Source of the DNA: an uncultured Acidobacteriaceae bacterium
Lineage (GTDB): Bacteria > Acidobacteriota > Terriglobia > Terriglobales > Acidobacteriaceae
Assembly (NCBI GenBank): GCA_963791975.1
Contig: CAWBUJ010000006.1
Span: 42,815 to 106,814, forward strand
Length of the DNA stretch: 64,000 nucleotides
Direction of reading: 5' to 3'
In this document: positions 8,749 through 18,492 of the stretch, piece after piece
How positions within the stretch are numbered: position 1 is the stretch's first letter
How the letters are laid out: the number at the start of each line of letters is the position of its first letter
Notes under the pieces: model-generated
Told to the model about the DNA's origin: nothing
Database searches by the model: none
Seen by the model: the letters and a program-made list of their open reading frames with translations, nothing else
Program-made: the position numbers and the translations under genes

Positions 8749-11115
8749 CTACTTACTCTTCTTCTCCAAATCCTTCAGTTCTATGACGGATGGAAGATAT
8801 TCAACGAAATCCTTGGGGCAGCCATCGCTGGCGCTGCGAAAAAGAGCGAGGGCTTCGGGGCGTTCGCCACGCAGAGCGCGATACTCCCCAACGTAAAAGC
8901 TATATTCACACTTCTGGTCGCTGTTGCTACCGGCCGCGTGCAAGACATCCTCCGGCGTGCTTTGTCCTAAATAGAGTTGGATCACGGGGCCGGGCCAGTT
9001 CGACAGATTCAAGGCTGCTGCATTGGTCTTCAGTTCATCTTTCCCATCCGTTCCCGCCTTCGCGCGTGACAGGTACAGCCATATGACGCGGTAGGGATCG
9101 GTCGGGTCAAGCTGCAAGTTCCGGCTGAAATCCTGTTGCGCCTCGGAGTAGTGACCAGCATAGAGGTTTGCCAGTCCCCGGTTCAGAAGCGCCGGGGAAG
9201 CATTCGGATTCACGCGCAGGACCTGGTCAAAGCTTTGAATGGCCTGGTCGTAATCGCCTTTGGCGAAGTAAGCCGCGCCCGCAGCAAACGAGGCAGCCTC
9301 CTGCGCATCGTGGTCGTTAGCGGGACTCAGCGAAATGGCGGGTTTGCCAGCCAATCTCTGGGCGATATGCTGGCCCACGCGATCAGCGAAAGTTGCGGAT
9401 GTGTTCATCAGAACGACCACCGCATAATCGGCATTGGGATTAAAGAATGCGAAGCTGCTGTATCCACCCGTTGCGCCGTTGTGCCAATAGCTGCCGGTAG
9501 CGGCAACGTACAGCCACGCGAGCGCAATACGCATGCCAGGCAAGGCGTCTGCGCGAAGCTCATGGGATTGGGCAAGCGCCGCCGGAAGGGTCTTACCGCT
9601 CGGCGTCTGGGTGGCCGCGGAAGGCAGTTTGTCCGGATGCAGGTTGGCCTGCAGGTACGTAAGCATGTCGTCGGCGGTTGAACGAATCGCTCCCGCCCCG
9701 GCCAATGCGTCCAGGTCCCAGGCATGGGCCGGTTGGTGCGCCATGTTGTGACCTGTGATAAACCTGAGTTTTTGCTCGGCTGAAAGCGCAATGACCGTAT
9801 CCTTCATCCCCAGTGGGCCGGTAATCTCGTTCTGGAGCAACTCGGAATAGGGAACCCCGGCACGATCAGCCAGGGCCTGCCCGAGTAGTCCGAAACCAAG
9901 ATTGCTATAAAGGAAAGTAGCGTCAGCCGGCTTTGCGACTCCGTGCTTTGCCAGGAAGGAGTACAGATTTGCTGATCGATAGTCGGCATAGGGATTGCTA
10001 TTGTCAGCGGGGTGGAAATTGTCTGGCATCCGCGGCAATCCCGAGTGCTGTGTAGCCAAGTCAAGCAGCGTGATTTCGCTGCCGGCGGGTTTGGCTACGG
10101 TTCCGGCGGGCAACAATTCGCGTACCGGTTCATCGAATTTCACTTTCCCTTGTTCGACCATCTGTGCCAGCAAGAGTCCGGTAAAGGTCTTGGTGATGGA
10201 ACCAATTTCAAAGATTGAGTCCGGCTTGGCGGTTCCGTAAGCAAAAACCTGCTTTTCACCGTGGTCAACAATCCCTATAGTCACACCCGCCGCCGTCGAT
10301 GGGGCGAGCGCCCCGCTGGCGAGCGCCTGCGCCAGGTCCTTGCTCAAGACGGTCTGCAACTGGGCTGCCGGCACGGGAGCCATGGCCGCATCGAAGGTAG
10401 GAAGAGCGGCAGGCGCAGGGGAAGTCGCGACCGCTTGTCTTTCGAAGTTCAAGGGCACCGGCTGGCCTTGAGTCCATGTACCTGTGAGTGTCTTGCCATC
10501 GCCGGACAGGGTCCCACTCCAGTGGCCGCTCACGACAGGAACGTCATAAGAGAACTTGTTCCCTTCGAGCAGAACATGCGCGCAGTCGAGTCCCATTGCG
10601 CCCTGGTCCAGGCTATCGACGGAACAAGATTCCTTGCCCGAGGCGTCGCTGTTGACGTGTAACTGTATGCGCAGCGATTGCGGGCCGGCCTTCAGCGTCC
10701 CCAGCCATATTCCGTCCACCGCAGAAGGCTTGGCCGCGGGAACGAAGGTGTCACGGCTGAAATTCAGAGGCGCAGGAGTGCCCTGGTTCCAGGTACCGGT
10801 CAGCACTGTACCTTGCTTATCGACAGTTCCCTTCCAGCTACCATTTACCGCAGGAACGGCGAAACTTAGAGATTGCCCGTCGAAATGAAAATCAGAGCAT
10901 GGGATATCTGACGCGCCTTGATCGGGACTATCCAGGCTTCCGCTTAGAGCGCCGTCAGCGCCCGCCTTCACGTGCAGCTTTAGATGCAGAGGACCGAGCG
11001 ATCCTACATAGTCGCCAGCGATATCTGGCTTTTGCTGCGCGAAGGCCAATGAGCAGGTAAAGGCGAGCCACCCACAAAAGAGTGTCAGCAGCATCGAGCG
11101 CTGTACCTGCATCAT
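8749..11115 (-). CDS. Secreted serine hydrolase (class C beta-lactamase/PBP family) with duplicated N-terminal domain and C-terminal TPR repeats
   Basis: SITKTF (SxxK) motif. Signal peptide after the Met pair at 11115. Two ~110-aa tandem N-terminal repeats. TPR-like C-terminus (AYFAKGDYDQAIQSFDQVLRVNPN...). Confidence 0.8.
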   Translation of the reverse strand: MMQVQRSMLLTLFCGWLAFTCSLAFAQQKPDIAGDYVGSLGPLHLKLHVKAGADGALSGSLDSPDQGASDIPCSDFHFDGQSLSFAVPAVNGSWKGTVDKQGTVLTGTWNQGTPAPLNFSRDTFVPAAKPSAVDGIWLGTLKAGPQSLRIQLHVNSDASGKESCSVDSLDQGAMGLDCAHVLLEGNKFSYDVPVVSGHWSGTLSGDGKTLTGTWTQGQPVPLNFERQAVATSPAPAALPTFDAAMAPVPAAQLQTVLSKDLAQALASGALAPSTAAGVTIGIVDHGEKQVFAYGTAKPDSIFEIGSITKTFTGLLLAQMVEQGKVKFDEPVRELLPAGTVAKPAGSEITLLDLATQHSGLPRMPDNFHPADNSNPYADYRSANLYSFLAKHGVAKPADATFLYSNLGFGLLGQALADRAGVPYSELLQNEITGPLGMKDTVIALSAEQKLRFITGHNMAHQPAHAWDLDALAGAGAIRSTADDMLTYLQANLHPDKLPSAATQTPSGKTLPAALAQSHELRADALPGMRIALAWLYVAATGSYWHNGATGGYSSFAFFNPNADYAVVVLMNTSATFADRVGQHIAQRLAGKPAISLSPANDHDAQEAASFAAGAAYFAKGDYDQAIQSFDQVLRVNPNASPALLNRGLANLYAGHYSEAQQDFSRNLQLDPTDPYRVIWLYLSRAKAGTDGKDELKTNAAALNLSNWPGPVIQLYLGQSTPEDVLHAAGSNSDQKCEYSFYVGEYRALRGERPEALALFRSASDGCPKDFVEYLPSVIELKDLEKKSK

Positions 11116-11239
11116 GACGCTTGTCCGGATGCGTCGGTCTTGCCGCGATGGATATAGGCGATCACTTCCGTACCGTTGTGCAATTGTTAGTCTCATCGCT
11201 TGTAATCTCCTGCAGCAGACGATTTGCATGTTTCGTTTT

Positions 11240-11962
11240 CTAGTACTCGCGTGTCTGCACGACTCTCAGAGCGGCAAATCCTAGAACTGCCGCAACTCCG
11301 AGCGAAATACCCATGCTGGCCCACGGAATAGAATGCGGGGGGAATAGAGGCAAACCCATAGCCCGGAAGACATTCAGGGGTGCCAGCAGCGGGACCTTAG
11401 ATAAGAGGGCCAGGAGAAGTGCAACCCCGAACAGACTTACCCAGTTTCGATAAACCTCATCCATAAAAGTTGAAAGCAATGTTCCAACAAAATAAAATAC
11501 GGAAGTGCCCGCCGAGAGGCTTACCCACAGGAAAAACAGGTTTGAGAGCGAGACTGGCGGGTCCCCCGGCTCGACGATGGCGGCCCAGATAGCGTAGGGA
11601 GCGATGGCAAGGATGCCAACGGTCTCCAACATACCTAATCCGGCCCGTGTGGCGAAAAGACGAAACCGGCTGACGGGCAGCGAAAGCGTAAAATACGTGG
11701 AGCCTCTAACCCCCCTTTTCCGGCTGCCATATTCAGTCTTGATTCCGGATCCGGCAAGGAATAGCGGAATAATCGAGTAGTACATTCCGAAATACCCGAA
11801 CCCGTTTTCAGCCTCTGCTAACTCAGCCGCAGTTGGCGCATGTTGTCCACGAGTTGTCGGATGGTGACCCACAGCTAAGGTTAGGACAAGTGGAAACACC
11901 GCGAACGAAAGCAAAAAAACCACCTTGAATCGCGTCTCAAGCCAGCCTTTGTACCAAAGCAT
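11240..11962 (-). CDS. ABC-2 type transporter permease
   Basis: 240 aa, multi-TM, starts immediately after the ATPase stop. Confidence 0.65.
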   Translation of the reverse strand: MLWYKGWLETRFKVVFLLSFAVFPLVLTLAVGHHPTTRGQHAPTAAELAEAENGFGYFGMYYSIIPLFLAGSGIKTEYGSRKRGVRGSTYFTLSLPVSRFRLFATRAGLGMLETVGILAIAPYAIWAAIVEPGDPPVSLSNLFFLWVSLSAGTSVFYFVGTLLSTFMDEVYRNWVSLFGVALLLALLSKVPLLAPLNVFRAMGLPLFPPHSIPWASMGISLGVAAVLGFAALRVVQTREY

Positions 11963-12856
11963 TTAGTTGCTCCTTACGTGTTCGAGGAAGATTTCCTTCA
12001 ATGTGACCGGAAATCGCTCGACTGAAGCGCCCGGTAACGACCGGGCCTGGTTGATAATGGCCTCCACATTTCGACTTGCCAGAATGTCGAAGGTGCGCCC
12101 GTCCTGGCGCACGTGCTCCGCTCCCTCACCCCACTGGACCGGAGCTTTCAGTTCTTCCCCAAAGACAACTCGCAGCCGTTGATACTGCGTCTTCAAATCG
12201 TCGAGCGAGCCCGTAACCACCGCTGCCCCGTGGTCGATGATGCAGACCCGGTCCGCGATCTGCTCCACTTCTTCTAATTGGTGCGACGAAAAAAAGATGG
12301 TCGTTCCTTCGCTGGCGGAGATAGCGACCAGTTCGCGCAGCATGTCCTCTACTGCTACCGGATCCAGACCCTCGGTGGGTTCGTCCAAAATGAGAAGCTC
12401 GGCGGCATGTGAGATTGCCAGCAGCAGCATGAACCTCGATCGCATGCCCTTCGACAGATCCGAAATCTTGCGTTTTGGTGGGAGATCGAACAGCTTCAGG
12501 TAGCGCTTCTCCACGTCCACGCGCCATTTGGGAAAGAAGCTTCGTGTGAAGCGGATGATCTGCTCCACCGTCATGTACGGATAGAGCTCCTTGTCTTCCG
12601 TGACGAACCCGAGCCTCCGACGGATCTCGATGCCGGCCGACAAATCTCCAGCCGGCAGGCCGAAGACGCGCGCGTCTCCGCGGTCAGGTTTCAAAAGCCC
12701 CATCAGAAGCCTGATCGTGGTGGTTTTCCCGGTGCCATTCCGGCCCAGGAAACCAAAAATGCTTCCCGCGGGCACCTCGAGGGTGAGGCCCGCCAGTGCT
12801 GGTTGCCCCTCGAAGGATTTACGGAGTCCCCGCGCTTCTATTACCCAGTCACTCAT
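11963..12856 (-). CDS. ABC transporter ATP-binding protein
   Basis: Walker A GRNGTGKTT, signature LSKGMRSR, Walker B LLILDEP. Start at MSDWVIEARGL overlaps the gntR stop by 8 nt. Confidence 0.85.
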   Translation of the reverse strand: MSDWVIEARGLRKSFEGQPALAGLTLEVPAGSIFGFLGRNGTGKTTTIRLLMGLLKPDRGDARVFGLPAGDLSAGIEIRRRLGFVTEDKELYPYMTVEQIIRFTRSFFPKWRVDVEKRYLKLFDLPPKRKISDLSKGMRSRFMLLLAISHAAELLILDEPTEGLDPVAVEDMLRELVAISASEGTTIFFSSHQLEEVEQIADRVCIIDHGAAVVTGSLDDLKTQYQRLRVVFGEELKAPVQWGEGAEHVRQDGRTFDILASRNVEAIINQARSLPGASVERFPVTLKEIFLEHVRSN

Positions 12857-13250
12857 GGTCTCCTCCAGATGCCTTTCCCGGGCGATGCTGCGCCAGTTCG
12901 TTTTCAAACAGCCTTCTTATCTCGTCTTCCGTCAGACCAAGGTCGGCGAGCCCATCAAGCGCGGACTGGACAATGGTCTGGGCCCTCTTGGTGACCCGGG
13001 CCCGCCCGCCCACCGATTCGCTGACAAACGCCCCCGAGCCATGTTTCAACTCGATGATTCCCTCGTGTTGAAGCTCGCGATAGGCGCGCACGACGGTGTT
13101 CGGGTTCATCACCAGGTCCTCCGCCATTTTGCGAATGGTCGGGAGCTGATCGCCCGCCTTCAACGCGCCCGTTTCGATGGCGTGTCTAATCTGCTCCATA
13201 AGTTGGAGGTACATCGGCAAGCCAGTGGACGAATTGAGACGAAAAAGCAT
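12849..13250 (-). CDS. GntR-family (YtrA-like) transcriptional regulator
   Basis: 133 aa. PMYLQLMEQIRHAIETGALKAGDQLPTIRKMAEDLVMNPNTVVRAYRELQHEG is a typical GntR wHTH. First gene of a regulator-ATPase-permease operon. Confidence 0.85.
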   Translation of the reverse strand: MLFRLNSSTGLPMYLQLMEQIRHAIETGALKAGDQLPTIRKMAEDLVMNPNTVVRAYRELQHEGIIELKHGSGAFVSESVGGRARVTKRAQTIVQSALDGLADLGLTEDEIRRLFENELAQHRPGKASGGDHE

Positions 13251-13258
13251 TGTCTTAT

Positions 13259-13276
13259 GTACTAGTAGACTAGTAC
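13259..13276. promoter_or_regulatory. Candidate GntR operator: perfect inverted repeat GTACTAGT-AG-ACTAGTAC
   Basis: 8-bp arms read directly, 9 nt upstream of the gntR start codon. Confidence 0.5.
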
Positions 13277-13360
13277 ACTATACACTACAGTTTTCGCATG
13301 TCAAGCGGAAAATAGAGTTTCTTGGACCGGCGGGTTTCTAGGGTTTGACGTTTCTTGCAG

Positions 13361-13378
13361 GTACATACTTTTATGTAC
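13361..13378. promoter_or_regulatory. Inverted repeat GTACATA-CTTT-TATGTAC
   Basis: 7-bp perfect arms in an A/T-rich divergent intergenic region. Confidence 0.35.
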
Positions 13379-13385
13379 CGCAGAC

Positions 13386-13408
13386 ACATACTACTATGTG
13401 TAGTATGT
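13386..13408. promoter_or_regulatory. Inverted repeat ACATACTAC-TATGT-GTAGTATGT
   Basis: 9-bp perfect arms read directly. Confidence 0.35.
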
Positions 13409-13738
13409 ACCTATTTGGGCGGATTTTCGTACCTAAACCCTTGTGCAACAATACACTAGATATAAACCATTTAGAATGTGATGCTTGCGACATATTTGCG
13501 GGATAAGTCATTGATTCTACGTAGAACGCAGGGAGGGGAGTTTTTGTCTGTCGCAACCGCATCGCGCATCGCAGATTTCGGACGTTTCAGACTTCGCTGA
13601 CAAGCCAAACGTGGCGGAAACTGTCATTGCGAGATGGCTCCAGCCAACCAGGAATCTGCTTTTCGGTGAGGGCGTTTTTTCCCAGGGTTGTGATGAAGTA
13701 GAGTTCGTCGTGGCGCGAGCCCCTGCTAGCATAGCTCT

Positions 13739-14779
13739 GTGGGTCTGCTGCTCGAGGTTTGCAATCTCACCGTTGAATTCGCTACTGCTCAGGGAAGTGC
13801 AACCGCTGTCCGCGACGTGACCTTTCAGATTGCTCCGGGCGAGGTGCTGGGACTGGTGGGCGAATCGGGATCGGGGAAGTCGGTGAGCGCGCTGGCGATT
13901 CTGCGGCTGCTGCCGCCGCAGGCGCGCATATTGGGGGAGATCAGGTTCCGGGAAGAAAATCTTCTGGCGATGCCCGAGGCGCAACTGCGCCGCGTTCGCG
14001 GCTCCGGAATCAGCATGATCTTCCAGGAGCCGATGACCGCGCTCAATCCCGTGATGCGCGTGGGAGACCAGATCGCCGAGGCAGTGCTGGCACATGCGGA
14101 AAGGCAGCTCCCTCGACTCGCTACGCTCGCTGGGGATGACAACGATAAGATTTCTTTGCGCGGCAAAGTAAGCAGGGCCAAGGCTTGGCGGCTGGCGGTC
14201 GAAGCGTTGCGCACGGTTGCCATTGCCGAACCCGAACGGCGCGCGCGCGACTACCCTCATCAGCTGTCGGGCGGCCAGCGGCAGCGGGTGATGATCGCCA
14301 TGGCGGTGGTGAACCGCCCGTCGCTGCTCATCGCGGACGAGCCGACGACGGCGCTGGACGTTACCATTCAGGCGCAGGTGCTCGACCTGCTGAGCGAGTT
14401 GCGCGAGAAATTCGCGCTGGCTATGCTGTTCATCTCCCACGACCTCGCCGTGGTTTCGCAGGTGGCGCGCCGCATCGGCGTGATGTACGCGGGCAGCGTG
14501 GTCGAAATAGGAGCGGCGGAGGAAGTTTTCACGCATCCGGCCCATCCCTACACGCGCGGGCTGTTACACTCTGTGCCGACGCTGCGCAGCGAGCGCAGCC
14601 GACCACTTCAGACGATTGAGGGGACCGTGCCTGCCATCACCGCTTTGCCACCGGGTTGCGCGTTCGAGCCGCGCTGCTCATCGCGCATCGCAAGCTGCTG
14701 CCTCGAACTTCCGCCGCTGGTGGAAGTGGCGCCCGGCCATCTGGCGCGTTGTCCCGTGGTATCGGCGGAGGTCTGCTGA
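13739..14779 (+). CDS. DppD/OppD-like oligopeptide-type ABC ATP-binding protein with no adjacent permease or binding protein
   Basis: Walker A GESGSGKS, signature LSGGQRQR, Walker [13 protein letters not shown], oligopeptide C-terminal region with [10 protein letters not shown]. Confidence 0.8.
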   Translation: MGLLLEVCNLTVEFATAQGSATAVRDVTFQIAPGEVLGLVGESGSGKSVSALAILRLLPPQARILGEIRFREENLLAMPEAQLRRVRGSGISMIFQEPMTALNPVMRVGDQIAEAVLAHAERQLPRLATLAGDDNDKISLRGKVSRAKAWRLAVEALRTVAIAEPERRARDYPHQLSGGQRQRVMIAMAVVNRPSLLIADEPTTALDVTIQAQVLDLLSELREKFALAMLFISHDLAVVSQVARRIGVMYAGSVVEIGAAEEVFTHPAHPYTRGLLHSVPTLRSERSRPLQTIEGTVPAITALPPGCAFEPRCSSRIASCCLELPPLVEVAPGHLARCPVVSAEVC

Positions 14780-14782
14780 ACC

Positions 14783-15550
14783 ATGCGGCTGCTCCTGCTC
14801 AGCGACATTCATGCCAATCTGGAGGCGATGGAGGCCTGCCTCGCCGTCGCTCCGGCGCACGACCGGATTGTGAATCTGGGAGATGTTGTCGGCTACAACG
14901 CTTCGCCCAATGAAGTTTGCGAGCGGGTGCGGGCGATGGGCGGGGAGATCGTGCGCGGCAACCACGACCGCGCCTGCTCCGGGCTGACTGACATGGCGGA
15001 GTTCAACCTGGTGGCTGCGATGTCGGCGCGCTGGACGCAGACCACGCTCCTGCCCGACCACCTGGAATGGCTAAAGGGGCTGCCGCGAGGCCCGATGCGC
15101 CTGGGCGAGATGGAGGGGCTTGAATTTGTTCACGGCTCGCCGCGCGATGAAGACGAATACGTGCTGAATCCGTCCACCGCCGGCGCCAACCTTCGGATGC
15201 CCAACCATCCCGACAGGATTTTCTTCGGCCACACTCATCTGCAAGGCGGCTTCATTCTGGAGAACGGGCGCGTGCGCAACTTCATGCCGGTCTTTCCGAC
15301 GGGAGAAGACGTTGTGGAGTACAAGATGCCGCTGGGACGCGGTGAACGCTATCTCATCAATCCCGGCTCGGTGGGGCAACCGCGTGACGGCGACTGGCGC
15401 GCGGCGTTTGCCCTCTATGAGCACGACGGGGGTGGAGAAGCAGCGGTGACGTTCTATCGCGTCCCCTACGATATCGACGAGACTCAGCGGCGAATCGTGT
15501 CGGCCAATCTTCCGGAGCGTCTGGCCACCAGATTGAAGTTAGGGCGATGA
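14783..15550 (+). CDS. Metallophosphoesterase family protein (YfcE-like)
   Basis: LLLSDIHAN, GDVVGY, GNHD, GHTH motifs. Confidence 0.8.
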   Translation: MRLLLLSDIHANLEAMEACLAVAPAHDRIVNLGDVVGYNASPNEVCERVRAMGGEIVRGNHDRACSGLTDMAEFNLVAAMSARWTQTTLLPDHLEWLKGLPRGPMRLGEMEGLEFVHGSPRDEDEYVLNPSTAGANLRMPNHPDRIFFGHTHLQGGFILENGRVRNFMPVFPTGEDVVEYKMPLGRGERYLINPGSVGQPRDGDWRAAFALYEHDGGGEAAVTFYRVPYDIDETQRRIVSANLPERLATRLKLGR

Positions 15551-15611
15551 TCCCTGTTGTGTAGCTCAGGCAGGCTTGACCGCATCCAAAGATACGGAGG
15601 TAAACTACCTC

Positions 15612-16253
15612 ATGCACTTTAGGCCATTCCCCGGAAAATCCGCCTACCGCTCACAAGAGTTCCCCGGGGGAACCATTGGCACCTCGGAGCAGGGTTATCT
15701 CATTGCGTACATCGACGGTGGCGCTCGCGGGAATCCCGGCCCCGCAGGATATGGTGTCGTCTTCGAAGACGAAATAGGGCGTCCGGTGGCGCAGCTTAGC
15801 GAGTTTCTCGGTCACCAGACCAACAACTACGCTGAATACTCTGCCTTGCTGGCGGCGCTCAACTACACCCTGCGTCATGGATTCAAAGCGCTCAAGGTCA
15901 TCAGCGACTCGGAACTGCTGGTCAAGCAAATCAATGGGGAATACAAGGTCAGCAGTCCCACATTGAGGGAGTTGCACGCCAGCGCGATGAAGATCCTCGA
16001 CCACTTCGACTACTTCCAGATCAAGCACGTACTGCGGGAAAAGAACCGCGAAGCCGACCGCCTTGCCAACCTCGCCATGGACCGCGGCATTGCCAAGCGC
16101 GCCCCGGCGGTCGCTGCCACAGACGTGGGCGGTGTGGCCTCCGTAGTTCCTGAGGTCAATGGAGTGGTGCGCAATGGTATCGTCGAGTTCCTTGGTAAAT
16201 CTCTGCCAGACGGAACCTTGGTCAAGATTCGGGCAGCTAATCCGGCGAAGTAA
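15612..16253 (+). CDS. rnhA: Ribonuclease H (type 1) family protein with C-terminal extension
   Basis: YIDGGARGNPGPAGYGVV...NNYAEYSALLAAL...DSELLVKQ...NREADRLAN. Start at ATG 15612 after GGAGG. Confidence 0.75.
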   Translation: MHFRPFPGKSAYRSQEFPGGTIGTSEQGYLIAYIDGGARGNPGPAGYGVVFEDEIGRPVAQLSEFLGHQTNNYAEYSALLAALNYTLRHGFKALKVISDSELLVKQINGEYKVSSPTLRELHASAMKILDHFDYFQIKHVLREKNREADRLANLAMDRGIAKRAPAVAATDVGGVASVVPEVNGVVRNGIVEFLGKSLPDGTLVKIRAANPAK

Positions 16254-16282
16254 TAACGGACATACGGCAGACGGGGACGGAG

Positions 16283-16579
16283 GTGACGGTGGAGCTATTC
16301 ATCTTTGCGCGGTTTCACGCGCGCGCGGGCCAGGAAGATGCGGTGGCCGAGGCGCTGCGTGAGGTACTCGGCCCATCGCGCGAGGAAGCTGGCTGCCTGA
16401 GTCTTGAGGCTTTCCGTTCCACCCGGGATTCCGGGCTCTTCTACATTCACTCGCGTTGGACGAACGAAGCTGCTTTTGACCAGCACGCAGAGATGCCCCA
16501 CACTGTGCACTTCGTCGAGCGGGTGGAACCGCTTCTCGATCACCCGCTGGAGGTGACGAGAGCGCGACTCCTGAACTGA
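16283..16579 (+). CDS. Antibiotic biosynthesis monooxygenase (ABM) domain protein
   Basis: 98 aa. ...FYIHSRWTNEAAFDQHAEMPH... is typical of the ABM fold. Confidence 0.65.
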   Translation: MTVELFIFARFHARAGQEDAVAEALREVLGPSREEAGCLSLEAFRSTRDSGLFYIHSRWTNEAAFDQHAEMPHTVHFVERVEPLLDHPLEVTRARLLN

Positions 16580-16601
16580 AATGCACTTGAAACCGTAGCG
16601 A

Positions 16602-17297
16602 TCAGGCCGAAGCGGCCCGGCGTTGGACGATCGCAGTCCCGGCGAATCCGCTGCGAATCTGGGGCGGCTCGAGAATGCGTGTCACCTCCGGCGGATTCTC
16701 CACCGCCCAGGCCAGGGTTTGTGTCATCTGCTCCACCGTGACCAGTCCCAAACGTTGGGCGCCCTCGCGCGTTGCCGGTACCAGGCGCGCCATGGCGTAT
16801 AGGGGGACCAGCAGCAGAGGCCACCTCCGGCCGGGTCCGAGCACGTACCAGGGGCGCACAAAGGTCGCCGTTATACCGCTCTCGCGGACCAGTCTTTCGC
16901 CTTCGGCGCGGACTGCCTGGTACTCCTGCATGATGGGCGCAGGCCGCGCGACGCTGAGATAAACGAAGTGGCGAACACCGGCCTCGACCGCGGCACGCAC
17001 CGCTTCCTGGCACGACTTTAAATCGATGTCGCGGAACTCGGCAGCCTTCCGCGGATTAGGATGCGCCACCCCAATGAGGTGCACGAACGTATCCCCTGGA
17101 GTTACCTGCGGGGCGTAGGTCTGGGCGCGCAGCGCGTCGCCGGATACCACCTCGCACCCCAAGGGGAGCTTTGACTCCGAACCGGGTCTCGCTAGCGCGC
17201 GCACATGATGCCCGCGGTGCAACAACTCTGCCGCCAGTCTGCATCCCATAAACCCAGTGGCTCCGGTTATGAACACTGTGCGCGATTGGGAAATCAT
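16602..17297 (-). CDS. NAD(P)-binding SDR/NmrA-like oxidoreductase
   Basis: N-terminal VFITGATGFMG Rossmann motif. Confidence 0.7.
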   Translation of the reverse strand: MISQSRTVFITGATGFMGCRLAAELLHRGHHVRALARPGSESKLPLGCEVVSGDALRAQTYAPQVTPGDTFVHLIGVAHPNPRKAAEFRDIDLKSCQEAVRAAVEAGVRHFVYLSVARPAPIMQEYQAVRAEGERLVRESGITATFVRPWYVLGPGRRWPLLLVPLYAMARLVPATREGAQRLGLVTVEQMTQTLAWAVENPPEVTRILEPPQIRSGFAGTAIVQRRAASA

Positions 17298-17434
17298 TCG
17301 CCCCTCCGGTAGCTGGTCAGCCGCCGATTGTAGTACGACCGCACCAGGAATTCAGATTTCCATCAAGAGTCGGCCTTAGGAATCATTCCCGCCGAGGCGG
17401 GCATCTTTGCCTAGCAAGGTGGAGGTAACCGCTT

Positions 17435-17857
17435 ATGACTCGTGATGCTCGCCTGATTTCAGGAATCATTCTGATCACAGTGCCTACCATTCAGTATGGT
17501 GGGTATTTCCTGTTGACGTTGCTCGTGGACCGCAGCTCCGGATACATGGACAATGCACTGCGTCAGAATTTCTTTCGCGCCGGACACGCCCATGCAGGCG
17601 TGATCGTGATTCTGTCGCTGATCTGCCAACTGCTGGCGGATGCCGCCATGCTCCCGGACCCACTGTTGTGGCTGGTGCGCCTCGGAGTTCCTCTTGCTGC
17701 AATTCTGATCTCCGCGGGTTTTTTCGTTTCGATGCTTTCGCCGACCGCAGCCCGGCCAGGCCGCGCGGTGGGGTTGATCTACGTCGGGGCGGTGATTCTT
17801 GCGATTTCGGTTGTGACGCTGGGCGTTGGTCTGCTGCGGACACCGCAACAGGTCTAG
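17435..17857 (+). CDS. Four-TM membrane protein of unknown function
   Basis: 140 aa, hydrophobic segments, FRAGHAHAGV motif. Confidence 0.5.
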   Translation: MTRDARLISGIILITVPTIQYGGYFLLTLLVDRSSGYMDNALRQNFFRAGHAHAGVIVILSLICQLLADAAMLPDPLLWLVRLGVPLAAILISAGFFVSMLSPTAARPGRAVGLIYVGAVILAISVVTLGVGLLRTPQQV

Positions 17858-18492
17858 TCGGCTGGGTGTACTTTGGCGCGGCGCCCGCGGGGCAAGCGGA
17901 TCAGCGCAGCGTCCTGCAGGTGCAGGACGTCCTGCAGGTATTCGCGCAACGCCATCAGGATGAAGGCCGCCTCCGCCGTGAGGAACATTCCGAGATAGCA
18001 CACCGTCAATTGCAGGCTGTCAGGAATCTCGCGGTAGTCAGCCACGTTGAGCAGTTCCTTGGTAGCGTTCATGACCCCGCGTTCCGAGAACGCCGTGAGC
18101 GACTCCATCAGGAAGTAGTGGTAGAGGAAAACCAGGCTGAGGGAGGACAGGATTAACAGGAGCGGAACTAAGGACACGAAAGCACGAATAGCAACGTGGC
18201 CATCGGGCTTGGTATAGAACATCAGCCTACCCAGCGAATGGCGGATATAGAACAAGTAGCCGAGCAGCAGGAAGCAGAATAAAGAGGTGTAAGTGGAAAG
18301 GAACTTTTCTTGCGCCGCGTAGGTGGGGATCAGGTGGAACGCCGCCAGGGGGATAGGAAGAGACGCCGTCACCACGGACGCCGTTCCCATATACGCCTTA
18401 AAGAACTTGGCAAAGGCGGCGAAACGTACGGGCTCGTGAGGCTCAACCTCGGTTCTCTCGGCTCGCAAGCCTATGGCACCGGTATCTCGCAT
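17854..18492 (-). CDS. Multi-pass membrane protein of unknown function
   Basis: 212 aa with about 4 hydrophobic helices. Overlaps the upstream gene by 22 nt. An alternative start lies at 18390. Confidence 0.45.
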   Translation of the reverse strand: MRDTGAIGLRAERTEVEPHEPVRFAAFAKFFKAYMGTASVVTASLPIPLAAFHLIPTYAAQEKFLSTYTSLFCFLLLGYLFYIRHSLGRLMFYTKPDGHVAIRAFVSLVPLLLILSSLSLVFLYHYFLMESLTAFSERGVMNATKELLNVADYREIPDSLQLTVCYLGMFLTAEAAFILMALREYLQDVLHLQDAALIRLPRGRRAKVHPAD

